From Bacteroidota bacterium (GTDB taxonomy: Bacteria > Bacteroidota > Bacteroidia > Bacteroidales > UBA10428), in the NCBI GenBank assembly GCA_016699695.1, contig CP065006.1, positions 1,392,521-1,456,520 of the forward strand: 64,000 nt of DNA, written 5' to 3'. The notes beneath the pieces are model-generated. The model was not told the origin of the DNA. It saw only the letters and a program-made list of their open reading frames with translations, and made no database searches. Positions 30,701-39,383 of the stretch are shown one piece after another. The translations under genes and the position numbers were made by a program. Within the stretch, counting starts at the first letter, position 1; every line of letters starts with the position of its first letter.

Positions 30701-33700
30701 AGGGAATATCTGACGAACGGGTTTTTGGTGTGTTTTTGGCCAATGGCACCCATCCAAACTACGATATCACTTATGTGTATGCCGGCAATCCGGATGCTTT
30801 GTCAGGAGCGGCTGAAAGCGATCACCGGCTGCTAAGAAGGAACATGTATAGCGAAGAAGAGTGGTTGCACTCGGGTGCCGATATCGACCTCACCTCCAAT
30901 TTGCTCCACCTGGCCTGCAAAGAACGTGAAAGAGGAGAGTATAATCTGGCTTTTCGTCACGAAGTGGTTTCTCAAAGACCCGGATCGGGTATGGCACTGA
31001 GTAACAACCAGGCACCTACAGAAGAAAACCATGGCTTGATCAGGTACCTTGACATTGATGACTACACGGTTACTTTCTGGGCCAGGGGTTGGGGCACCGC
31101 CTTTAATTTCAGCGATATGTTGGGCTTTGGTTTACATAGGTTCACCATCAACATAAACGGCGCAAATGGATTAAATTGTGGCATAAGAAATTCAACATTA
31201 TGGAGTAATCAAGACCTTGGAACCAATTCTGCACATGCCACTACCACCGAATGGGTACATTATGCTATTACACGCCGTGGAACTGAAATTACTATTTATG
31301 CGAATGGCATCCAAATACTGAAAGACCAGTTTTCTCACAGTATGAATTTTAAAGAACTCCGATTGTTTCACGATCCTACTTATCAGGCTGGTAATTACCC
31401 TGGTGGCGTTTGTAACCTGGCAATGGATGAGTTTACTGTGTGGAACACAGCACTCGACCAGAATACTATCCGCGAGTGGATGTGTAAAAAGATTAACCCT
31501 GAAAACCCTTTTAGTTGTGAAAATCTGGTGCTCTATTTCAATTTCGACCAGGGAGCCGGAACTATCTTAGAAGACAAAAATGGCCCATCGGATATTGAAT
31601 TGGTTTCTGTAGCCGAAGGGTTTCAATACATATCGTCGGGAGCTGCGGTGGGTGACGTAAGCCTTGCTAACTACATCACCCCACAAAGTCTTGTTTTCGT
31701 TCACCCCGACGGCGATTCGCTTTTAGCAGAAAGAACTTCAGGCTCTTCGACAGGCATACACATTTACCGTACCGACTTTATGCCACCAGTACCGTCGAAT
31801 ACAGACAATGCGCTGATAGAATCGATGGACTCATCGCGTTACTGGGGAATATTTGCGGTTCATTCATACAATACAAATTGTCAATACCGGGTAGCCAATT
31901 ATTATTCTCATAATACGCAGGTAAATATGGCCAACGAAGATGAACTTCGCTTGCTAAGTCGTTTCGACAATGCCTCCATTCCATGGCTTTCAAATATTAC
32001 AGAATTGCCCAATCTGAGTAATCATTCAATTACGCTATTTAACCAAATTCGGGGTGAGTATGTGCTAGGAGGAACAACCGAACAAACCTTTAATGAATAT
32101 TTAGCGCCTGACCAGCCTATATTTCTGCCTGACTCAAATAACACAAACCCAGACACTGTTTGCGGAAACAGCACCGGCTTGCTCTTTGCCCTGCAGCCCG
32201 ATCCCTATGCAGAAAGCTATAGGTGGACCATTCCGGAAGGGCTGGATGGTTTTTCAACAGGCGATACCATAATCCTGAATGCCTCCTATACCGGCAGTGA
32301 TACCATCACGGTTCACTTATCGGTGGTGGCTATAAATGCTTATGGTGAAAGCAACTCAACCTCCTACGCTGTTTTCATGCTACCAGCTCCTAATTTAGCA
32401 GATGCCGGTCCGGATCAGGTGCTTATACCACCTTTAACGAGCACCTCCCTTGAAGGAAACCTGCCCTCTGCCCTCGAAATTGGATTATGGGATTTAAACT
32501 ACGGCACAGCAACTATCCTTCAACCTGACAACCCCACATCGGCAGTGAGCGGAATTGGCCTCGGTCAAAACAGCCTGAGCTGGTCCATTTCCAATGAGGT
32601 ATGCCCACCATCGTCAGACAGCATGCTTATTCTTCTTGGTCCGCCTCCGACCAATATTGTTTTGTCGAATGGAAACCCCTTGCCACGTATTCTTTGCGAA
32701 GGCCTAACAATTGTAGTAAGAGCAATACCTGCCGAAAATGTACCCAATAGCGGATATTCCTGGACCTTGCCAGATGGCATTGTGATGCTTTCCCAAGGGG
32801 CCGACACGGCTCTCCTGCAAATCACAGACGGTATTGGAGGCTCTATTGAGGTAGCCACCAACTACAATGGCACACTCTCCGAAAGATTCCGGTCGCCTAC
32901 AATCAATATCAATCCACAGCCTAATGTACCCGTATTTTCCGAGGCTCCGGAAATATTGTGTCTTAATGTCGATGAAAGAGCGAGTATCCGTTTCGATGCT
33001 ACAATCGATTCGGTAAGCTGGCATTTACCCACAGGCATTTACCCGGTCGATTATCCTTTGTCGACCTCTGAATCAATCAACATACAGGCTTTGGAAATTA
33101 TTACAGGGTACATATCGGCGAAAGTTTATAATAACGGCTGTACAAATACGGAGGCGGTCGATAGTTTTGCTTTTGAAGTGAATCAGGCACCCGCTCAACC
33201 TGTTTTGTTTTTGGGCACAGATGGTGGTGTTGCTGATCAGTTTTGCGGCGAAGAATATGCCCTGCTATGGGTTCGAAACACCAGTCCCAATGTAGGCTAT
33301 GAGTGGACTTGGGATGTATACACCAACCTTATCGAATACCTCGACAGTGCCCGGTCAGCCGCTGTTTTTCAAATGCCTGACGGAAACAATGAGATAAGGG
33401 TAAGGGCTATCGAAGGTGAAGGAACCTGCGCCGCCAGTGAATGGTTCTTATACAATGGCTGGACACAGAACGTAGATCCGGCAATAATAACCAATGTTAC
33501 CATTACAGTACCAACGGGCCAGAATCCCACCCAACTATTGCCCGGAGCGGTGTATACGCTCGAAATAGAGGGAACAGGCGACTATTATTATTGGGATATC
33601 CCTCAGGGTTTTGAACTAATCGACGATGGCACTCCTCATAACAATACCAATCAGATAAGGGTTCTTGACGAAGCAGCAGGCTATCTGGATATTTACACCA

Positions 33701-36700
33701 TAACTCTTACGGGCTGTTCAAGCCATGCATTCCGCTTTACCTTAAGCACTGCCAATGCCATATTGCCCCCCGAATATGTTTCGGGCAATCTTACCATTTG
33801 CCAGGGCGACAGACTTACCCTTGCTGTAAGTGATGTAGGGGCTACAAACTATATCTGGACCTTGCCCAACAATGCCGTTTCTACTACATCCCTGCCTTTG
33901 CTTGACATTTTGATTTCTACTCCCATGAAAGGCACGTTGAGTGTTGTGGCTACCAATGGAAACTACATCACCCCGCCTGGTCTGATGGCAATTGAAATTC
34001 AGTCAATTAATTTAACCTCTCTTGGTTTTGTTGACGAAGAAGGACAATCCGTCAACGAAATCGAAATCTGCAATGGCGATGCTGGTAAACCTATCTTTTA
34101 CCGCGACATACTTGCAAGTAGCTATTCATGGGAAATAAACGGTTCAGCAATACTTTTCTCACCGCGTTGGGAGCCCGGATTCGAAGGAAATCCCAATTAT
34201 GAGCTCCGAAACCGCACATCGCCGGTCGATACCATGATGCCTGTAAACTGGGAATCGTGGCGGTGCCTCAACAATGGCAGCGATGGTGGTTACATTATAG
34301 TTAATTCAATCAATGGTTGCGGAGGGGCGCATATTTCCGATTCGGTATATTACTATTGGAATGAGCCACTTTCAGCCTTTGTTCCGGAATTTATTAATGC
34401 CCCCACATCATTGTGTGTTGGCTCTAGAGCTACTTTCGAAGTTAGCCCAATACCTGGCGCAAGCCAATACATCTGGAGCTTACCCAATGGCCTTCTGGCC
34501 AACAATATTGTAACCACAGTGCCGGGTATCACCGTCGATGTGGAAAACGGCACGGGAGGAATGGTGCAGGTATACGCCATTGGCGAGGCCTGCGGTGGTA
34601 GCAACACTGTTCAGCAAACTACTGAAACTATCCAAATCTCTGGAGAAGCGATCGACTTCTACTTTATTGATCAACCCCTGGCTGCCTGCCCGGGAGACAG
34701 CCTGACTTATACTGTAAATGACATTGGTGCAGGGGCATATCAATGGTCGCTGCCTCCAGGAATGCGAACCACCTTGCTCGACGACAGCGATACCGAAGGT
34801 ATTTCTATCAGCGGAAGCTGGCAACAGGAAAACTGGGCACCTATGATTAATCAACAATTCAGTTTTGCCGATAATAATGCTGAAAGAAGCATCCGCTATA
34901 CACCAGAATTACAATATACAGGTCTTTACAGGGTTTCTATATCATCTTATGTGAGATACAACAATGTAACTGATATGCCGGTTCGTATTCATCACCGCAA
35001 TGGAACCGATCTTCAATTTATAAACAATACTTTGCCTCCTGAGGATGGAATCTGGCGGGCGCTGGGCGAATTCGAATTTGAAGCAGGAAACTCAGGCAAT
35101 GTAGAGATTCTAACCCACACAAATGGTGGAGGCATTTCGATGGCAGATGCTGTTAAATTCGAAATTCTTCAAATTGCGGATGATACTACTCTGACCCTTC
35201 CTGTGAATGGTGTGCAGGGCGGAGCAGTATGTGTTTTGGTGAATATGCCTCAGTGTGAATCGGAATATACAATTTGTACCGACCCGGTAAACTTGGGCGG
35301 AACGCTGGATACACCACAATTTATCCAGTTAGAAACTTCGGTGTGCGAAGGTCTGGAATATGCCTTTTCGGTAAACGATATTGGTGCCGATACCTACACA
35401 TGGCTCCTACCCGAAGGTTTAAGTATTAATGGAGCTATCGGTGAGGTAACCGCGCAGGGCAGAATAGTTAATATCTCCATGGATAGCATGGTGACTGAAC
35501 CAGTACATATTGGGGTTTACGGCGAACTTGGCTACTGCGATGTGCTTAGCGATACAAGCTACACCGACAGTATATTCTTCAATGGTACCGGATGTAGTAT
35601 TTGCGACTCATTCCCGGCTAGTGTGTCAGGTTTTGAACTGATTCAACCTCAGATTTGTTCCGGATTGGGGTCAGTCATTCTTACGCTCGAAGGGGCTACT
35701 GACAACCAGGTGTACCTGATCGACTTTAATTACGATGCCACCATCGATGCCACCGGTGTTGTGCTGAACAACCGCATAAACCTTGAGAACATCGAGCAGG
35801 GCACCACTTTTTCGGCAATGGTAATCACCGAAGCCATAACCCAATGCAGTATTTATTGGTCAGACACAGGCAGGGTTAATACTATTACCCCGGCTATTGT
35901 TGTCAGCGCCATGGTGAATCAACCCAATCAATGTGGAGAAGGAGGAGAATTGATCTTAAACTTAGAGGATGGTGTCGAGGGTGATAATTATATGGTTGAC
36001 TGGAACAACGATGCCGTATGGGACGATACAACAACCCTAATTATCAATACACTGACCTACAATGATATTATGCCAGGTACGTCTTTCGTGGATATCAGAC
36101 TCATGCATACCCTCAATCAATGCGTATCAACTTATACTATTTCCGACACTATTCGTGAGCCTGAGGGTTTTATAATAACTTCGGCACAAAGCCACAGTCC
36201 TGAGCGATGCGACGAACAAGGATGGCTTGAGATAGATATACAAGGTGCATCCGAGGGCGATACATTCGATGTGTATTTAAGCAATACCGGAGAAACAAGC
36301 TATGAGGCCATCCTGCAAAACCAAACCCTAAACATCAGCCAACTTCCTGTCGGAAGTCAGATTGGTCCAATTGTAGTAAGTCATAGGACCAGTCTATGTA
36401 ATGCTATTCATATTCAATATTTAACAATCGAGTCACCTGAAATGCCTCCAGTGGTATTGGAAAATCCCGGAAGCCTTTGCGAAAACAGTGCTCCGGTTAT
36501 CCTTTCCCACGGCCAGCCCATAGGAGGAGTTTATACCCTAAACGGCGAAATGGTAAGCCAAATCGATCCATCGCTATATGAACCTGGCAACCACCTGCTG
36601 GTATATACCTTTACCGATACTAACAATTGTGTGGCATCCGATACCACTAGCCTGATCATTCACCCGCTCCCCGAAACGGGCATACAGGGTGAACAGATCT

Positions 36701-37479
36701 TGTGTCCGGGTCAAAGCGAGTCGAGTTATATGGCAGTGGAAGAAACAGGGAATAGTTATTTCTGGCAGGTTGTAAACGGTACCGTTTTTCCTGACAATTC
36801 CCCTGAAGTTACTGTTGCCTGGAGCCCTACAGACAATGGCAGGATAGATTTACAGATTGTTAACAGCCTTACCGGATGCAGCGATTCTGTGTCCCTGCCC
36901 ATATTTTTTATCGATACGGTGCCCCCTGAAATTCAGAATTGCATAGAGGAGGTAGAATTCGAAGCCACCTTCGACGATAGTTGGTATTACATACTCACCG
37001 AAGAAGATGTGGTTCTTATACCTAACGCCCAGGATGCCTGCTCCGATAATGATTTAGATCTGTATTTTTCGGTCAACGGGCATGACTCTGTACCGGTTTC
37101 AGAACTGGTCGGATACAGATTGGAATTAGAAGCCCATCAGCAGATTATCTGGATAGCGATGGATCACTCACAGAACATCTCTAGCTGTGTAACAGATATT
37201 CAGTACACAATTAACACAAGCCCACCCTCTGCCTTCTCACCTAACGGAGATGGGGTTAATGATATCTGGCAGATGGATTTCCTGCTCACCTATCCTAATG
37301 CAGTGGTAAAAGTATTCGATCGCTGGGGACTGCTTGTCTACCAAAGCGAAAGTGGTTATCCTGAACCGTGGAACGGTATGCAAAATGGCAAAGTATTACC
37401 GGTTTCGACTTATTATTATATCATCGACCTGGGCAATGGCAGCAGCCTTTTAAAGGGTTACTTAAACATTCTGTACTAA
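27781..37479 (+). CDS. giant (3232 aa) multidomain T9SS type-B cargo / surface protein
   Basis: A single 9.7-kb ORF with a signal peptide. The modules are a GH-A-like region with LYLEVGNEMWNF, two LamG-like modules, about 10 PKD-like Cys-initiated modules, a golvesin-C-like module, 3 SprB-like repeats, a HYR-like segment, and a C-terminus FSPNGDGVNDIW...YYYIIDLG...GYLNILY. Confidence 0.9.
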   Translation: MPILPQLRAKSKALFVSISLILNLIPGSSQQCIDLGTGISMSNEEYALIDFFKNGGRWEPIGDNGHPWYKVYSLDTFKVVNGAYWHWDADWSGTVNNEAWGENWADCYISYYDMMIDQGLFTPEGYPVQFPLTVYKYRPKSENASQPIDPGKPVAINQISRRIYFPGDLPRNGWVMKWEGSGRISFQGMENVVADAGTTATQYGESWRPVGSGFCGYDYAFETTDGGRIETDLHWMVHGWVLYILESDPADPIRNIVFLYPGLEDAYDAGQKFNPLYLERMQQFSSLRFMEYNNANNIECRTLMPSSNPFYQSHMLEWMRWNERTPENWYELNNHSGGNYEYIIELANLTGIDPWVNIPYCADEAYVEQLVNLFMDRLNPDLTLYLEVGNEMWNFAQGFSGFHWQAAKRVTEYPGLGDVEARGAHINRIFGRVTSVAGPRNLPRIKRVYGAFPRYTDVNSRTLHLVDPENWDALATTWYFGLTQDNNSSNSCRDEASGTNWRSVLYNWFLSNEGDQAGFNQMYRNCVLNEFRCNGGYANNSDVLLSKYFNKDIICYEGGNHTFYGCENGPTGGQLPGERDFDSPTYPDYITDNSFINAVCLADQSEEMADIYNEIIDSLQSAGVRLANHLSFAGRSSCYGVWSFIQPRDMDESLTYLLAHYPKFRTFSERIASDNCDALEVILDTNLVGPGLAILLDGLDDYIEGQDNFVPDESGNYTAEAWFNPIFTNTEQVVLSFSNEGANDYYNHVVVRADGRLVWDIGNNSVSMAKLIGPALSAEKWNHVAVVKNGTRYTLYLNGFDVASSNFSLSPVTRTNFTIGASVSNLVPTNNFTGYIDEVRLWNSARSIGDLREFMCKKINSTIPSYSSLRAYYRFDMPDYVTFRVYDQTTQTANGLLHNITITDRSRYAISGAPLGDYSRFRYEGNWNGVSLSIAHPQGDLLAVSNIGEGSPNGVHLYIIEGESHYNNPPLYYEGISDERVFGVFLANGTHPNYDITYVYAGNPDALSGAAESDHRLLRRNMYSEEEWLHSGADIDLTSNLLHLACKERERGEYNLAFRHEVVSQRPGSGMALSNNQAPTEENHGLIRYLDIDDYTVTFWARGWGTAFNFSDMLGFGLHRFTININGANGLNCGIRNSTLWSNQDLGTNSAHATTTEWVHYAITRRGTEITIYANGIQILKDQFSHSMNFKELRLFHDPTYQAGNYPGGVCNLAMDEFTVWNTALDQNTIREWMCKKINPENPFSCENLVLYFNFDQGAGTILEDKNGPSDIELVSVAEGFQYISSGAAVGDVSLANYITPQSLVFVHPDGDSLLAERTSGSSTGIHIYRTDFMPPVPSNTDNALIESMDSSRYWGIFAVHSYNTNCQYRVANYYSHNTQVNMANEDELRLLSRFDNASIPWLSNITELPNLSNHSITLFNQIRGEYVLGGTTEQTFNEYLAPDQPIFLPDSNNTNPDTVCGNSTGLLFALQPDPYAESYRWTIPEGLDGFSTGDTIILNASYTGSDTITVHLSVVAINAYGESNSTSYAVFMLPAPNLADAGPDQVLIPPLTSTSLEGNLPSALEIGLWDLNYGTATILQPDNPTSAVSGIGLGQNSLSWSISNEVCPPSSDSMLILLGPPPTNIVLSNGNPLPRILCEGLTIVVRAIPAENVPNSGYSWTLPDGIVMLSQGADTALLQITDGIGGSIEVATNYNGTLSERFRSPTININPQPNVPVFSEAPEILCLNVDERASIRFDATIDSVSWHLPTGIYPVDYPLSTSESINIQALEIITGYISAKVYNNGCTNTEAVDSFAFEVNQAPAQPVLFLGTDGGVADQFCGEEYALLWVRNTSPNVGYEWTWDVYTNLIEYLDSARSAAVFQMPDGNNEIRVRAIEGEGTCAASEWFLYNGWTQNVDPAIITNVTITVPTGQNPTQLLPGAVYTLEIEGTGDYYYWDIPQGFELIDDGTPHNNTNQIRVLDEAAGYLDIYTITLTGCSSHAFRFTLSTANAILPPEYVSGNLTICQGDRLTLAVSDVGATNYIWTLPNNAVSTTSLPLLDILISTPMKGTLSVVATNGNYITPPGLMAIEIQSINLTSLGFVDEEGQSVNEIEICNGDAGKPIFYRDILASSYSWEINGSAILFSPRWEPGFEGNPNYELRNRTSPVDTMMPVNWESWRCLNNGSDGGYIIVNSINGCGGAHISDSVYYYWNEPLSAFVPEFINAPTSLCVGSRATFEVSPIPGASQYIWSLPNGLLANNIVTTVPGITVDVENGTGGMVQVYAIGEACGGSNTVQQTTETIQISGEAIDFYFIDQPLAACPGDSLTYTVNDIGAGAYQWSLPPGMRTTLLDDSDTEGISISGSWQQENWAPMINQQFSFADNNAERSIRYTPELQYTGLYRVSISSYVRYNNVTDMPVRIHHRNGTDLQFINNTLPPEDGIWRALGEFEFEAGNSGNVEILTHTNGGGISMADAVKFEILQIADDTTLTLPVNGVQGGAVCVLVNMPQCESEYTICTDPVNLGGTLDTPQFIQLETSVCEGLEYAFSVNDIGADTYTWLLPEGLSINGAIGEVTAQGRIVNISMDSMVTEPVHIGVYGELGYCDVLSDTSYTDSIFFNGTGCSICDSFPASVSGFELIQPQICSGLGSVILTLEGATDNQVYLIDFNYDATIDATGVVLNNRINLENIEQGTTFSAMVITEAITQCSIYWSDTGRVNTITPAIVVSAMVNQPNQCGEGGELILNLEDGVEGDNYMVDWNNDAVWDDTTTLIINTLTYNDIMPGTSFVDIRLMHTLNQCVSTYTISDTIREPEGFIITSAQSHSPERCDEQGWLEIDIQGASEGDTFDVYLSNTGETSYEAILQNQTLNISQLPVGSQIGPIVVSHRTSLCNAIHIQYLTIESPEMPPVVLENPGSLCENSAPVILSHGQPIGGVYTLNGEMVSQIDPSLYEPGNHLLVYTFTDTNNCVASDTTSLIIHPLPETGIQGEQILCPGQSESSYMAVEETGNSYFWQVVNGTVFPDNSPEVTVAWSPTDNGRIDLQIVNSLTGCSDSVSLPIFFIDTVPPEIQNCIEEVEFEATFDDSWYYILTEEDVVLIPNAQDACSDNDLDLYFSVNGHDSVPVSELVGYRLELEAHQQIIWIAMDHSQNISSCVTDIQYTINTSPPSAFSPNGDGVNDIWQMDFLLTYPNAVVKVFDRWGLLVYQSESGYPEPWNGMQNGKVLPVSTYYYIIDLGNGSSLLKGYLNILY
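28500..29800 (+). other. domain: putative (beta/alpha)8 clan-GH-A-like glycoside-hydrolase fold
   Basis: LRFMEYNNANN is followed by EVGNEMWN, with the Asn-Glu at 28948-28953. This resembles the conserved strand-4 acid/base motif of clan GH-A. Confidence 0.4.
29860..30350 (+). other. domain: LamG / concanavalin-A-like lectin module 1
   Basis: LLDGLDDYIEG ... WNHVAVVKNG ... LYLNG ... GYIDEVRLWNSARS. Confidence 0.6.
31040..31490 (+). other. domain: LamG / concanavalin-A-like lectin module 2
   Basis: YLDIDDYTVTFWARG ... WVHYAITRRG ... IYANG ... MDEFTVWNTALDQNTIREWMCKKIN. The tail is paralogous to module 1 (LREFMCKKIN). Confidence 0.6.
34790..35175 (+). other. domain: golvesin-C-like / CBM-like beta-sandwich inserted in the PKD-like array
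   Basis: ISGSWQQE...YTGLYRVSISSYVRYNNVTDMPVRIHHRNG...WRALGEFEFEAGNSGNVEILTHTNGG.ISMADAVKFE. Confidence 0.4.
35640..36440 (+). repeat. three tandem Cys-bounded protein repeats of about 85 aa (SprB-repeat-like)
   Basis: QICSGLGSVILTLEGATDNQVYLIDFNYD...QC, then NQCGEGGELILNLEDGVEGDNYMVDWNND...QC, then ERCDEQGWLEIDIQGASEGDTFDVYLSN...LC. Confidence 0.6.
37220..37476 (+). other. domain: T9SS type-B C-terminal sorting domain (gliding-motility-associated CTD)
   Basis: PPSAFSPNGDGVNDIWQMDFLLTYPNAVVKVFDRWGLLVYQSE...WNGMQNGKVLPVSTYYYIIDLGNGSSLLKGYLNILY. Confidence 0.85.
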
Positions 37480-37490
37480 TTAAAACAGTT

Positions 37491-38573
37491 ATGAATTTTA
37501 CACAAAAGATACGCGGTCAATTTCTCTGGTCGAATAGTTTTCCATTGAAAACACTCTTTATGAGTCTATTCATATCAGGTTTCGTTTGCGGAAATATAGG
37601 CTGCCAGGAAGTTCCCCGCTTTAGCCAGTATATGATGAACGAATTTACCATTAATCCGGCTGTTGCCGGCGACGATGGCATGTCGACCTTTACAGCAATG
37701 GCAAGAAATGAATGGTTTAACCTTGGGAATGAAATGCGCACACCCCGAAATTTTTGCGCAAGTGCCCAGACAAGAATTTTAAAAAGTAAAACACAGGTTG
37801 TGAAAGGTAGGTCTCAGAACCGGATAAAAAGCGGCTCGAACGGCAGGCTGGGATTCGGTGGCGTTGTTTTCGCCGACAATAGCGGTGCATTAAGTACTTT
37901 AACAGGGCAATTGGCCTATGCCTATCATATTCCGATGCAAGCCTCGCAATTATCATTTGGCCTTTCGGGTACGATAAGTCAGATCAGCTACAATGCTGCC
38001 TACCTCGATTTTTATGACAACACCAACGAACCCATGCTGGTAGTAGCCAACTCCCCAACCTATATACCCGATTTCAATGCGGGTATCAACTTTATGAATT
38101 CACACTATCATCTCGGTCTTTCGGTCCAGCAAATTTTACAATCACCTGTAATGTTCGGCAACTCGGAAATTAATTACAAATCGACTGATCTTGGATTTCG
38201 CCGAAGCTGGAATTTGCTTGGAGCTGCCTATCTATCTCTTGAATCAAATCGCAACTGGCAAATCGAACCCTCATTCTGGTTAAAAATGCACGACTTTATT
38301 CGCATTGGTGGCGATAAAAAATCTCCAGCTGCGCAACTTGACCTTTCTTTAAAAATGTTCTATGAGTCGAGAATATGGGCCGGACTATCTTATCGAACCG
38401 TATCAGATATTGTGTTAATGGGAGGGTTCAGGATAAATAAAATATACTTTTCATATGCATTCGACTATGGCTTCAATGAGTTGTCTGCAGCAACATATGG
38501 TTCACATGAAATCTCTTTTTCAGTCAAAACAGGCGATCAGGCACGCCGTTATAGATGGATGGAAAGGTATTAG
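37491..38573 (+). CDS. PorP/SprF-family type IX secretion system membrane protein
   Basis: The ORF-track start at 37368 lies inside the giant gene. I prefer the ATG at 37491, 11 nt after its stop, and 37560 is also possible. It has the PRFSQYMMNEFTINPAVAG motif and a beta-barrel-like body ending ...SFSVK. Confidence 0.8.
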   Translation: MNFTQKIRGQFLWSNSFPLKTLFMSLFISGFVCGNIGCQEVPRFSQYMMNEFTINPAVAGDDGMSTFTAMARNEWFNLGNEMRTPRNFCASAQTRILKSKTQVVKGRSQNRIKSGSNGRLGFGGVVFADNSGALSTLTGQLAYAYHIPMQASQLSFGLSGTISQISYNAAYLDFYDNTNEPMLVVANSPTYIPDFNAGINFMNSHYHLGLSVQQILQSPVMFGNSEINYKSTDLGFRRSWNLLGAAYLSLESNRNWQIEPSFWLKMHDFIRIGGDKKSPAAQLDLSLKMFYESRIWAGLSYRTVSDIVLMGGFRINKIYFSYAFDYGFNELSAATYGSHEISFSVKTGDQARRYRWMERY

Positions 38574-38679
38574 ATCATCTCTAATTTTGCGGGTCAATGA
38601 CTCCATCTGCAAATTTGAAACTCCTTTCTGGTATGAATTGTTTTTCTGAATAGGAAACAAAATTCTTTCAATAAACACT

Positions 38680-38687
38680 TACTTTTG
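38680..38687 (+). promoter_or_regulatory. candidate -7 box (TACTTTTG)
   Basis: It matches TAnnTTTG and lies about 20 nt upstream of the phnA ATG. Confidence 0.4.
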
Positions 38688-38706
38688 CAGTTCGATAAAA
38701 AAAACC

Positions 38707-39288
38707 ATGAGTATAGAAAAAGAACTGCAAACCCGAAGCGGGTTGAAATGCGAATTGTGCAATGCCACAGACAATTTAAGTGTTTATGAGGTTAGCCCGG
38801 CTACCAAAAAAAGTGCCGATACCTGTGCCATGCTTTGCAGCAACTGTAGCAGCCAGATCGATTCTTCCGAAACCCCGGATGGTAACCATTGGCGCTGCCT
38901 GAACGATAGCATGTGGAGCCAGGTGCCTGCTGTGCAGGTACTGGCCTGGCGTATGCTTAACAGGCTCCGTGCCGAAGGCTGGCCTCAGGATCTGCTCGAT
39001 ATGCTCTACCTCGATGAGGATACCTTGACTTGGGCGAAGGCTTCAGGTGATTTTTCTGCTGACGAGGACAAAGTAAGCCATATCGACAGCAACGGGGTTA
39101 CACTGCAGCAGGGCGATACCGTAGTGCTGATAAAAGATCTGGACGTAAAAGGTGCCAGCTTTACCGCCAAACGGGGCACAGCGGTACGCAACATTTCGCT
39201 GGTGCACGATAACCCGGAGCAAATCGAAGGCCGGGTCAATGGCCAGCAAATTGTTATCCTTACCAAATTTGTGAAGAAAACAAACTAA
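38707..39288 (+). CDS. phnA: PhnA-domain zinc-ribbon protein
   Basis: 193 aa with an N-terminal CxxC...CxxC ribbon (CELCNA...CSNCS) and the C-terminal PhnA pattern VKGASFTAKRGTAVRNISLV...IEGRVNGQQIVILTKFVKK. Confidence 0.8.
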   Translation: MSIEKELQTRSGLKCELCNATDNLSVYEVSPATKKSADTCAMLCSNCSSQIDSSETPDGNHWRCLNDSMWSQVPAVQVLAWRMLNRLRAEGWPQDLLDMLYLDEDTLTWAKASGDFSADEDKVSHIDSNGVTLQQGDTVVLIKDLDVKGASFTAKRGTAVRNISLVHDNPEQIEGRVNGQQIVILTKFVKKTN

Positions 39289-39335
39289 GTAGAAGAAAAA
39301 TAATGAAGTGAATTGGAAAATATTGAAGCTAAAAA

Positions 39336-39362
39336 AAGGCTGTCCACACCGGACAGCCTTTT
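39336..39362. terminator. bidirectional intrinsic terminator between phnA and ahcY
   Basis: AAGGCTGTCC / GGACAGCCTT 10-bp stem, with an A-run upstream and a T-run downstream. Confidence 0.8.
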
Positions 39363-39383
39363 GCTTTTTACACTAAAAAACCA

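Noticed and set aside
37368-37490. The upstream extension of the PorP/SprF ORF overlaps the end of the giant gene.
   Set aside because: The extension is read out of frame through the conserved T9SS CTD of the giant gene. An ATG with signal-peptide-like sequence lies just after that gene's stop.
38707-39288. PhnA, considered as an indicator of a phosphonate utilisation cluster.
   Set aside because: It is an isolated gene with its own promoter box and terminator, and no phn C-P lyase genes are nearby.
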